A stretch of 64,000 nucleotides of DNA, from the NCBI GenBank assembly GCA_051362555.1, contig CM120640.1, positions 38,542,788 to 38,606,787 on the forward strand. The letters run 5' to 3'. Below the pieces are notes generated by a model, which worked only from the letters and a program-made list of their open reading frames with translations, made no database searches and was not told the origin of the DNA. Position 1 is the first letter of the stretch. The number at the start of each line of letters is the position of its first letter. Made by a program: the position numbers and the translations under genes. The DNA comes from Lingula anatina (Eukaryota; Animalia; Brachiopoda). Positions 49,507-61,038 of this stretch are shown one piece after another.

Positions 49507-52500
49507 ACACACACACAAACACTAAATAAGAACAATACTATTAATTAACAATTAATAAATTATTGAAAGAACATGTGGGTTAGAGAAGGATACAAACCTT
49601 CATTGGTCCCTGATAAATAAAAATGTCACTGTGTCCTCCCTGAGTAAAGTTGAAATGTGAAAACCAGACTTCCAACTCCTGTATTTTAGACTAAAATGAA
49701 GAAAATGCAGACAATATTTCACTCAGTTAAAAAAATTAGAAGCAAAATGCTCAGTTAACACAGTGACATATACATAGACAAAAATCCTTCTTAAGCATAC
49801 TTAGCAATGTTGGAAAGTGGTCTTTCAAATTACATGTAGTACAGTGTATGTACAAAATAATTACGTATAAAACAGTTTTGACTGATGAAATTCAGCATAC
49901 AAATACAGCTTTACAAAATTGCAATTATTGATGATTCCAAATATATCTGAAATTAATTTAATTGTCTAGTAATTAATACAAAGTTACTACCACCTTACAA
50001 AAATACAATACTCTCATATTTTGAACTGATCAGTTTTTTACACCTCAGCTGACATGACTGTGGCTTGGGACAGTGAAATATTAGACAGATTTACTATGAT
50101 GATGTTAAATTATAATTATACCATATGCACTAACTAAGCCATCACAATATGACAGGGAATATATAGGACTGAGACTGCCATTTAGTGAAAAAGTCAGAAA
50201 ATATGGTGTGGGACCAAGAGGGACATTAGCGCAAATGATAATTTTGGCTCCCAAAAAGTTGAAAATCAAAGATCAAGTCAAAGTCAGAAAAATCTCATCC
50301 CTAAATACATGAATTCAAATCTACTATACTTACAAATGAGCCTTTCAGTGTGAAAGTAACAGTTTGTGGTGCCACTGTGTACTTAGGCATGGGATAAAAA
50401 CATGGGGCATCATGGGGATCCTAAAACATGGTAAACACTTCAACATTTTAAATTGTCTTAAAGTTCACTTCTTCAAAGAAAAAAAAAGTAATAATAATAA
50501 ATAAAATAAAAAATAACAATTAATTAATCATATAAACCGTTTACATTTCAAAATCTTACATTTCAAAAAAATTATTCCTTCAAAAAATGAAAAAATAGCA
50601 AATTTCATTCCTTAATCAAACATCACTAGCATCACCATTGAGCAAGATATTAATCTTAGCCTCTGGTAAAAATTCAAAATGCAATTGCGGGCCTAATATA
50701 ACACATCATTGTACAACCATACCATATTCTCTATCACAATGGTCAGCTGAGACCTGTCTGGACTGGTCAGTGCAATATAACTGCCATTGCTGTCCAGATG
50801 ACCAGAGCCATGACCATGGTCAAGATAGCTCCAGCCAATTTCTGTGAACTGAGTGTAATGAGCTAGAAATAAAAATTTTAACCAATGAAAAAAACAATTT
50901 CACAAGAGTTGTCTCATCATCAAAACTCAGCTTTTACTAAAGCGATTTTCAATTATATCGAAACATGAGTCAAAAGATATGTATCTTTATATAAAAGCTG
51001 AAATTGTGCGTTGTCACTTTTATACAATACATACAATACAATACAATACAATATAATACTATTTAAAGAGCCAGAAGTTCTTACCACTCATCCAAATAGG
51101 AGTATTGACTACATAATATCCTGACCAGGGCTGGTTGGCTGTCATCAGACCAGATCCACTGTAGGGCAAAGCAGCACTGTAACTGGAGATCAGGTTCCAT
51201 GCAATGGCACTAGAACCAAAATAATTAATTGTGAATTGCCCAGTGTGTCTATACACAGTGCCAGTGTGTCTATACACAACCAATTTCTAAACATCTTCAG
51301 ATATGGTTCTTTCTTTTTTCATAAGCTACATAGTAAATTTTGGTGTTTATCGGTTACTTGTTAAAATGTTTCCTGAATTTTGTGAGGTTTTCATTTTAGC
51401 ATAATACTGACTTATACTGAAAAAGTAAAAGAAACAAAAAAAAGAAACTATATTAATATAAATAAAAATAAATATGTATAGCAAGACACAACATAACATT
51501 TCAAGTCCCATGAGATACTTTATAACTTAATTTTTAGAATACCTGGTTAGATTTCCATTCACATAGCCTTCATTTAGGACCTGGAATATATAATTTTACA
51601 TTAACACTTCGAAATCATAAAGAATTCTTTGTATGCTTTATAAAAACTAAGGCTTACTTCAAATCAAAAGCTTTCTTTCAATTTCATCTCACAATTTAAT
51701 ATGTTAATAAAGCTCCCTTATGCACAGTTTACATAAGCATGCACTACACCATTAAAATGGAATAACCATAAGTTCTGGACCTAATATAACCAGAAATTCC
51801 TCCTGTGCAAAAAGTCAGAAAAAGAAGAAGGTTAAATCACTCTCTAGACCCACTGGGATGCCTTGCAGGCACAAACATAGCAGATAAGTCAGATATATCA
51901 GCAGATTTTTTTATAAATATGCAAAGAAAGAAAGAAAGAGAAGGACTTAAAACTGACCCTGGCCCAGCAGCCTCCACCAGCCAGGTTATTGAAGGCACTG
52001 TATTCCTCTGAAGCCCACAGTTTTTTCCCAGTCTTTTGAGCATCTGCCGTAGCCATACTACCAGGATAGTGAGCTCTGTAATACATACATAAAAAACTTT
52101 GATATTTTCTTCAAATAATGTTCAGTGTTGTACAAAGAGTCAATTAAAAGCAAGTTATTTGAACATGCTCCTCTATCAATTAACTTCATGAATGAAAGAT
52201 TCTTAAAATTAAATAAATTGAAGTAATTAAGCAACCTTAAAAGTACAGCTTTCATTCTAAAAGGGAATAGGAGTGGTGACAACGGGTGTTACACAGAGAA
52301 ACAAGTAATGATAGTCATCTTACCCCAAAATACTGACTGCGTTTGCCAAATCAGGATCTTTCAAGACATCAGACGCTATTCCCCAACCACCATCAGCAGC
52401 CACAATCTGAGTATGACTAAATCCTTGATTGTCCAGAGACATTCGTAGCATCTGAAGATTCACAGAAACAAAAGACAAAAACATGTTTTTAAAGAATATT

Positions 52501-55500
52501 TTTTGTCTGAGACCATTTTTGTTCAGCTTTTAGTGTGCTAAAGCATAGGACCTTCCATTCGATTTCTATGGTATGTGATTTTAAGAATATTACGAAACTG
52601 ATTTAATTCTACCAGTGCTGATAATATAGTTTGCAGAAAAGAAAATGAACCCATAGCATTACCTTGATGTAGTCTATATCATAGCTTCTTTCATTCCAAA
52701 TCTATACAAGTATAAAAGAAGTATATTATTACAAAAATGTTTTGTTTTTATAACTAGAGGATCAGAGAGGCGATACCGCCTCCGAATATTGTACCACCAG
52801 CTGGAGCAAGCGCATTCGTATAGACCCCCACATACACAAAATAAGGGACACAGCCACCAGTCTTATGCTTGACAAGCTATAAAAATGCAATCAACAAGAA
52901 TTTTCAAAATACGCAAAAAATATATATAACTTAAAATGGTACAATCAAAGTTAAGTTCATCGTAAGGTAGGTCAAAGGTCAATTTCAAGGTCGCAGTAAA
53001 TTGCCAGTATATGACTTCCTATTCAACTTCAATAGTAACTATGGACCTATCTCTGCCATGTTTGGAGTTAAAAGAGAAAGAAATTAGCAGAGTTCAGTTC
53101 ATGATTATAAGTAGGTCAAAGGTCAATTTGAAGGTCACATATAGATTGCCAGTATATGACTTCCTATTCAAGTCCAATAGTAACTACGGACCTATCTCAG
53201 CCAGTTTTGGAGATAAAAGGAAACCAAAATTTGCAAAGTTCAGTTCATGGTGAAAAGTAGGTCAAAGGTCAATTTCAAGGTCACAGTAAGATTGCCAGTA
53301 TATGACTTCCTATTCAAGTCCAATAGAAACTACGGACCTATCTCTGCCAGTTTTGGAGATAAAAGGGAAGCAAAATTTGCAATGTTCAGTTCATGGTGAA
53401 AAGTAGGTCAAAGGTCAATTTTAAGGTCACATTTAGATTGCCAGTATATGACTTCCTATTCAAGTTCAATAGTAACTATGGACCTATCTCTGCCAGTTTT
53501 GGAGACAAAAGGGAAGCAAAATTTGCAAAGTTCAGTTCATGGTGAAAAGTAGGTCAAAGGTCAATTTTAAGGTCACATTTAGATTGCCAGTATATGACTT
53601 CCTATTCAAGTTCAATAGTAACTATGGACCTATCTCTGACAGTTTTGGAGATAAAAGGGAAGAAAAATTTGCAAAGTTCAGTTCATGGTGAAAAGTAGGT
53701 CAAAGGTCAATTTTAAGGTCACATATAGATTGCCAGTATATGACTTCCTATTCAAGTTCAATAGTAACTATGGACCTATCTCTGCCAGTTTTGGAGATAA
53801 AAGGGAAGAAAAATTTGCAAAGTTCAGTTCATGGTGAAAAGTAGGTCAAAGGTCAATTTTAAGGTCACATATAGATTGCCAGTATATGACTTCCTATTCA
53901 AGTTCAATAGTAACTATGGACCTATCTCTGCCAGTTTTGGAGACAAAAGGGAAGCAAAATTTGCAAAGTTCAGTTCATGGTGAAAAGTAGGTCAAAGGTC
54001 AATTTTAAGGTCACATTCATATTGCCAGTATATGACTTCCTATTCAAGTTCAATAGTAACTATGGACCTATCTCCGCCAGTTTTGGAGATAAAAGGAAAG
54101 CAAAATTTGCAAAGTTCAGTTCATGGTGAAAAGTAGGTCAAAGGTCAATTTTAAGGTCACATTTATATTGCCAGTATATGACTTCCTATTCAACTTCAAT
54201 AGTAACTATGGACCTATCTCTGCCAGGTTTGGAGTTAAAAGAGAAAGAAATTGGCAGAGTTCAGTTCATGATTATAAGTAGGTCAAAGGTCAATTTGAAG
54301 GTCACATATAGATTGCCAGTATATGACTTCCTATTCAAGTCCAATAGTAACTACGGACCTATCTCAGCCAGTTTTGGAGATAAAAGGAAACCAAAATTTG
54401 CAAAATTCAGTTCATGGTGAAAAGTAGGTCAAAGGTCAATTTCAAGGTCACAGTAAGATTGCCAGTATATGACTTCCTATTCAAGTCCAATAGAAACTAC
54501 GGACCTATCTCTGCCAGTTTTGGAGATAAAAGGGAAGCAAAATTTGCAATGTTCAGTTCATGGTGAAAAGTAGGTCAAAGGTCAATTTTAAGGTCACATT
54601 TAGATTGCCAGTATATGACTTCCTATTCAAGTTCAATAGTAACTATGGACCTATCTCTGCCAGTTTTGGAGACAAAAGGGAAGCAAAATTTGCAAAGTTC
54701 AGTTCATGGTGAAAAGTAGGTCAAAGGTCAATTTTAAGGTCACATTTAGATTGCCAGTATATGACTTCCTATTCAAGTTCAATAGTAACTATGGACCTAT
54801 CTCTGACAGTTTTGGAGATAAAAGGAAAGCAAAATTTGCAAAGTACAGTTCATGGTGAAAAGTAGGTCAAAGGTCAATTTTAAGGTCACATTTATATTGC
54901 CAGTATATGACTTCCTATTCAAGTTCAATAGTAACTATGGACCTATCTCTGCCAGTTTTGGAGATATAAGGGACTAAATGTTATAATTTTGGAGTTACCA
55001 TAATGTGCCTTAAATTTCGTACAGAAAAAATTAATTAAAATAAAGAAAATGTCATTTTGGTCAAAATTCTTGAAATAAGAGGTGCTCTGAAGTTTCAGAA
55101 GTTCAAGTTTGATGAAATAATGTCATTTTTGAACACAAGTTGTCTGCTTTGCCAAGCCTTATGTTTTATTTTTCCAGAGATCAAAATTTATTATCCATTA
55201 CCGTACTGCACATTTTGCTTTTACCACCAATATGTACTTTTTGATACAGCGTAACTCGAAAACCGTATGGAATACAAAAAAACCGAGACCACCTCCAGTA
55301 TTGGGCTTTACATGCAAAGTTCAGTTCATGGTGAAAAGTAGGTCAAAGGTCAATTTTAAGGTCACATTTATATTGCCAGTATATGACTTCCTATTCAAGT
55401 TCAATAGTAACTATGGACCTATCTCTGCCAGTTTTGGAGATAAAAGGGAAGAAAAGTTTGCAAAGTTCAGTTCATGGTGAAAAGTAGGTCAAAGGTCAAT

Positions 55501-58500
55501 TTTAAGGGCACATTTAGATTGCCAGTATATGACTTCCTATTCAAGTTCAATAGTAACTACGGACCTATCTCTGCCAGTTTTGGAGATAAAACGGAAGCAA
55601 AATTTGCAAAGTTCAGTTCATGGTGAAAAGTAGGTCAAAGGTCAATTTTAAGGTCACATATAGATTGCCAGTATATGACTTCCTATTCAAGTTCAATAGT
55701 AACTATGGACCTATCTCTGCCAGTTTTGGAGATAAAAGGGAAGAAAAATTTGCAAAGTTCAGTTCATGGTGAAAAGTAGGTCAAAGGTCAATTTTAAGGT
55801 CACATATAGATTGCCAGTATATGACTTCCTATTCAAGTTCAATAGTAACTATGGACCTATCTCTGCCAGTTTTGGAGATAAAAGGGAAGCAAAATTTGCA
55901 AAGTTCAGTTCATGGTGAAAAGTAGGTCAAAGGTCAATTTTAAGGTCACATTTAGATTGCCAGTATATGACTTCCTATTCAAGTTCAATAGTAACTACGG
56001 ACCTATCTCAGCCAGTTTTGGAGATAAAAGGAAAGCAAAATTTGCAAAGTTCAGTTCATGGTGAAAAGTAGGTCAAAGGTCAATTTTAAGGTCACATTTA
56101 GATTGCCAGTATATGACTTCCTATACAAGTTCAATAGTAACTATGGACCTATCTCTGACAGTTTTGGAGATAAAAGGGAAGAAAAATTTGCAAAGTTCAG
56201 TTCATGGTGAAAAGTAGGTCAAAGGTCAATTTTAAGGTCACATAAAGATTGCCAGTATATGACTTCCTATTCAAGTTCAATAGTAACTATGGACCTATCT
56301 CTGCCAGTTTTGGAGATAAAAGGGAAGAAAAATTTGCAAAGTTCAGTTCATGGTGAAAAGTAGGTCAAAGGTCAATTTTAAGGTCACATATAGATTGCCA
56401 GTATATGACTTCCTATTCAACTTCAATAGTAACTGTAGACCTATCTCTGCCAGTTTTGGAGATATAAGGGACTAAATGTTATAATTTTGGAGTTACCATA
56501 ATGTGCCTTAAATTTCGTACAGAAAAAATTAATTAAAATAAAGAAAATGTCATTTTGGTCAAAATTCTTGAAATAGGAGGTGCTCTGAAGTTTCAGAAGT
56601 TCAAATTTGATGAAATAATGTCATTTTTGAACACAAGTTGTCTGCTTTGCCAAGCCTTATGTTTTATTTTTCCAGAGTTCAAAATTTATTATCCATTACC
56701 GTACTGCACATTTTGCTTTTACCACCAATATGTACTTTTTGATACAGCGTAACTCGAAAACCGTATGGAATACAAAAAAACCGAGACCACCTCCAGTGTT
56801 GGGCTTTACATGCTCTACAAAATGCAAAAAAGAATGGGTCTCTAGCATTAACGGTTCCCGAATTAGAGACAGTTTTCAGTTTCGGTATCTTATGGCCGCT
56901 ACTCCCGTGAAAATGCACCGATTGACCCCAAATTCATGGAGATGAAAGATGACCTGAAGGGTAACACTTTCCAATAATATTATTGGTTAAGTCTGTGTGG
57001 TGTCTGAATAACAGGGCAAAAAAATTTTTTTTCGTAAAAAATTTCATTTTTTTGAAAATTTTGGCCCATTTGACCTTGAAGTAAAGGTCAAAGGTCAAAT
57101 CCAAGGGTATATTTGAAATCTACACATATGACTTTTGGAAAGCCGTCTATAGAAATTTTTCCCATAACTCCTTCCGTAGGGTAGATAATTAGCATTTAAT
57201 TTTGCCATTTTTAGACAAGGGTGCATTGCAATGAGTGCCACACCCAGACCCCAATACCGACAAAGCCCAAATTTTACGTGGAACGAGTTGAGATTATAGG
57301 TGACCTAAATCCATGAGATGGGTATGGGGGGCCTTACCGTCTAGGAGGAGAAGCGGTAACGGTAGCCGTCCGGCGGAGCCGGCGGAACGATCCGGACGAG
57401 ACCGAAACCATGTGTACCGCCAGCGCTAACGCTGGTGGTACAATTATTAATAATAAAAATAAAAAAATAATAAATAGAAAACTGAACCACTTATATTCAA
57501 TGGGCAATAAATTGCAAAACTTAAATATCCAACACAAAAATGCACACACACACAGTGGACTTTGACATATTACTTTATAATTGGAATTATCGTTTATACT
57601 GAACAAATCTCATAGAGTGGAATTTAACCTATGTGCATGTATGAATGACAGAAAAGTAAATAAATAAATATCAATACCCCAATATAATCAATCTGCAAAT
57701 TGTGCACTTTTGCTGCTCCCTTGATCCAGGAAGTTATATAGTACACAAGTTTCTCTCTCATAGCATATGGATTGAATGTTCCATTTCCTAACCAGCCAGG
57801 GAACACCCAGGGAAGACCATATAGCTTTATGTTGGGATTTCTCTGAAATATTCGTGAATATGACTTAATTATAGAAAAACCAAAATTAATAATAAATGAC
57901 AGACCAAACCTGGGCTTTTTTTCACATAGAGCAGTTAACTTAAGCAATACAGTCATTAAGTGTAAAATTTAAGAGGTCTTCACATGTATACATGCTACTG
58001 GGCTTTACTTTTGTTCCTACTGTTTAGCTACTGTTTAGTGCCGAAGGCTAAAACCTAAAAATATGCATAATATTCATCTAACCAAGAGCTATGAAAGTGT
58101 ATGGTATGACCTCTAATATTTCATCAAGTGCCAGACACTTTTATTGGGGAGTAACTAATTATACTTAAATAAGTTAATTTCACCTTGAAAACCAGGTCAA
58201 TGGCCCTATAATCACTGTCTCTTGATAAGAAAAATATAATATTCATGTCTTACATAAATCATTTACAAAGCTTTTAAAAGTATACTCTCTCAAAGATAAT
58301 TCAATTAAAACCTAAAAAATATTTCACCTTCTTAGCCTCCTTCATCATCCACCATTCATATCCTCTCTGGAAGCTGACATCTTCTTCTGTGTGCATGTGA
58401 GATGACTCCACACCATCTGAATTAATATATGGATTAAAATATACAATCAGTAATCAGTATTATAAAATTACCCACTAATTTACATGTTATACATATATAC

Positions 58501-60194
58501 CACAACAATACATGCGTAAGTTGCTAAAAAGCTAATTAGATACTGAAATTTTCAAATTAACCAGGGGACACTTTGTGTAATTTGTAAAAGCATTGTACAT
58601 GTACCTGTACTTTGTGAATCACCTCCAATTTCTACTTTTAATATTTGAAGGGAAGCGCCAAAATTGGGCTGAAATGATCATTCAAGGATTATAATATATA
58701 CAAAGCCGTATCTGATGAAATGAGAAAAAATTATTGATCACAATATATATTTAATGCTTACAACAGCTACCTTCCTGATCCTGAGTTAATTTCAGTTTGT
58801 GTTTAATTTCAATACATTTCATAGGTAGAGTGGACAAGATTTCAATAAATTATATTTAAATGATTTCTATCAAAAACTTATTGATGGGATTGGATTTGTA
58901 TCAGATAAAAACTCACCTTAAATAAAAAATCTAGCACCTGGTTTCTCTGAGCCTCTGGGTAATTAACCAAAAGCTTTGATGTAGCCTGAAAGGCAGCAGA
59001 TTTCATGTTAAAACTTAACTTTGACAACTCAGCAATATTTTTTTCTTATAGATTTTATAGGATTTTCTTTAAAATAAAATTTAAAAAATAAGAGATAAAA
59101 AATATTAATTAACCAACAAAATCTTTTGCACAAACTTCTTAGGAACTGTAGACTTGTGCAAATTATAAGATCAGCCATTATAATATTGTCATTTCAAAAC
59201 TGAAACTATGAAATTCTTTTGATTGTAAATACATTAGAGTTTGTTCAACTATACCGTTCTTGGAATTTATTTGCTTTTTATTGAAAAATGGAACAAATAT
59301 ATATTAAGTATTTGAAAAATATAAAGTACTGGAAAAATAAAAATGCAATAAAATAAGAATGATAATTCATCAATAGAATAAAAATAATGATTTTACAAAA
59401 ATTGTAGTCGAGAATTGCATGCTAAATTTCATTCATGCAGTGGAATAAAAAGTGCCCAGAAAAATTTCTAATAATACCTACAACTGTATTTCAGACTTAT
59501 AGTCAAAGCAAAAGCCCTTCACCCAATACAGATCATAATTAATATTCATATGTGTACTTACACCTGCACTTAATCCCCCAATCCCATCAAAATACCTCCC
59601 AAGTTCATATGAATCATCTACAGTAATTTTCTGGTGGTCATTTGGCATTCCACCATCAACTGCCCAACAATTCCGAGGCTAAAATAATCATATTGTTATG
59701 ATTTTTAAAATTATTGTCTGTGTTCAATGCTGCTAATTAAAGTGGGGGCTGGGGTTGCCTCAGTTTTTCGGCCTCGCATACTAGGTTCTTACCGGTGGGT
59801 ATGCCTAAACTTGCATTAAATCTGAAAACTGAGGAAATGCAAGTACCTATAACCATAGAAGTACATGTACTGTAGAGTACTTCTATGCTATAACCTTGTA
59901 ACATGTATAAGGCCTAATAACGAGGCAATCATATTCAATCACTCTGACATCTTTGGGAAATAAGAGAAGAATGATGGATGATTAAAAAAACATTCTGGCA
60001 GTGCACTGTCATGAAATAAGCCAAGACCTGAAACTTACTCCTCCTCCACTTATTGCCCCGATACCATCAAAATTTCTTCCCACTCCATACGAGTCGTCTA
60101 CGTTGACTTTTTGAAGAGCACATTGTGCTCTACTTAGAATAAGCCCTGGGAAAGCCAATAAAACAAAGAAATTATATGCATGTCCCATTTCCAT
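47100..60194 (-). CDS. GALC: Galactocerebrosidase-like GH59 glycosidase. Exons 60039-60194, 58917-58985, 58605-58668, 58328-58416, 57678-57842, 52663-52701, 52324-52451, 51958-52075, 51543-51580, 51085-51209, 50723-50862, 50334-50420, 49598-49690, 49090-49231, 48565-48745, 47839-48008, 47530-47612, 47100-47246. Extra candidate exon 59562-59678.
   Basis: Signal peptide, then [59 protein letters not shown] (acid/base)..[13 protein letters not shown] (nucleophile)..AIAWNLI..HYTQF..GFVAIGT..DF..*. All junctions are GT-AG and in frame. Confidence 0.93.
48903..48946. repeat. (GA)n microsatellite; others include C-run/(CA)n at 49475-49516 and (CA)n at 60998-61035
   Basis: Read directly from the sequence. 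Confidence 0.9.
52752..57444 (-). mobile_element. Non-autonomous Helentron-like element, copy 2 (4.7 kb), in GALC intron 5
   Basis: Reverse complement of 1460-3385 with the same subTIRs, hairpin (57413-57442), palindrome and CTAGTT end. Expanded by tandem 146-bp monomers. Confidence 0.85.
52951..56465. repeat. 146-bp satellite arrays inside the Helentron: about 14 units (52951-54965) and about 8 units (55314-56465)
   Basis: AGGTCAAAGGTCA recurs at 53113, 53259, 53405, 53551, 53697.. (146-bp period). The arrays are separated by a duplicated ~350-bp core segment. Confidence 0.95.
59754..59838. mobile_element. Small palindromic MITE-like element (family copy 2)
   Basis: GTTGCCTCAGTTTTTC..CTGAAAACTGAGGAAA, similar in ends and length to 8806-8892. 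Confidence 0.55.
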
Positions 60195-60639
60195 CGGTTT
60201 CACTTATGATGTACTTGTAGCATCATACTGGTAGCATTATCAAGCTAGCACATAAACATTCAAGTGGTCAAAAAAATTTCGGTCATGTGTTTATGAGTGT
60301 TTAACGACTGGTTCCACGCCCGCTTCCTCGGAAACTAGCAAGATCTTTCTAGTTCAATCGTTTCTAAAATGAAATACGAGCACAAAGGATGCATGTGTCT
60401 TTTGTTGAAGAAGAAACCACTGCAAAATTCAACCGTTTAGCAATGAGACACCAGGGCCTGGAACCGGCGAAAGTTTGAGCATGTGACCTGTTATTTTCGT
60501 TTACATACGGGTTCTTGACATGGCCGCGTCCTTAGAAATCGCGCTAAATTTGTATTACATTTCAATTTTTATCAACGATTGATGTTTAAACTACAAAGTT
60601 CACATTATTTGTGATATTACTCTTGTTATACAATCTATA
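60195..60639. promoter_or_regulatory. Putative bidirectional promoter between GALC and SFI1
   Basis: Divergent ATGs only ~445 bp apart; locally CpG-richer; YY1-like ACATGGCCGC near 60518. Confidence 0.55.
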
Positions 60640-60994
60640 ATGGATCACTTATCGAAGGGTTCCTCTATGCAAGATGCAAAAGTGAAGGCAGATAGATTTG
60701 CAGCTCTTACAGATGCAGGAAATATTCGAGTGAAAGCAAAACAGGCAATCTTGCAAGAGTTGAACACTCAGCTGCAAATCAAAGCAGAGCGTGTCAGAAT
60801 GTTAACCCGCCAAGGGGCAGATTCTTCAGATAATCCTTATGCTTCCCCCGGATACGAGCACCCCCGAAAATTGCCACGTGCAGAAAATATGAACCCAATC
60901 TCTCTGCCACCCAAAGTCAATAGGCAGTCACCAAGGCCAAGGGGAGGGAAGAGGACAGATGCTGACTCAGGGTATGGCATTCACAAATGCTGTT

Positions 60995-61038
<44 letters not shown>

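Noticed and set aside
51238-51278. 21-bp tandem duplication CCAGTGTGTCTATACACA near a GALC acceptor
   Set aside because: Simple local slippage duplication; the acceptor and frame are unaffected.
52951-56465. Regular repeat array as a possible CRISPR array
   Set aside because: Contiguous 146-bp monomers with no unique spacers, no cas genes, and located in a eukaryotic intron.
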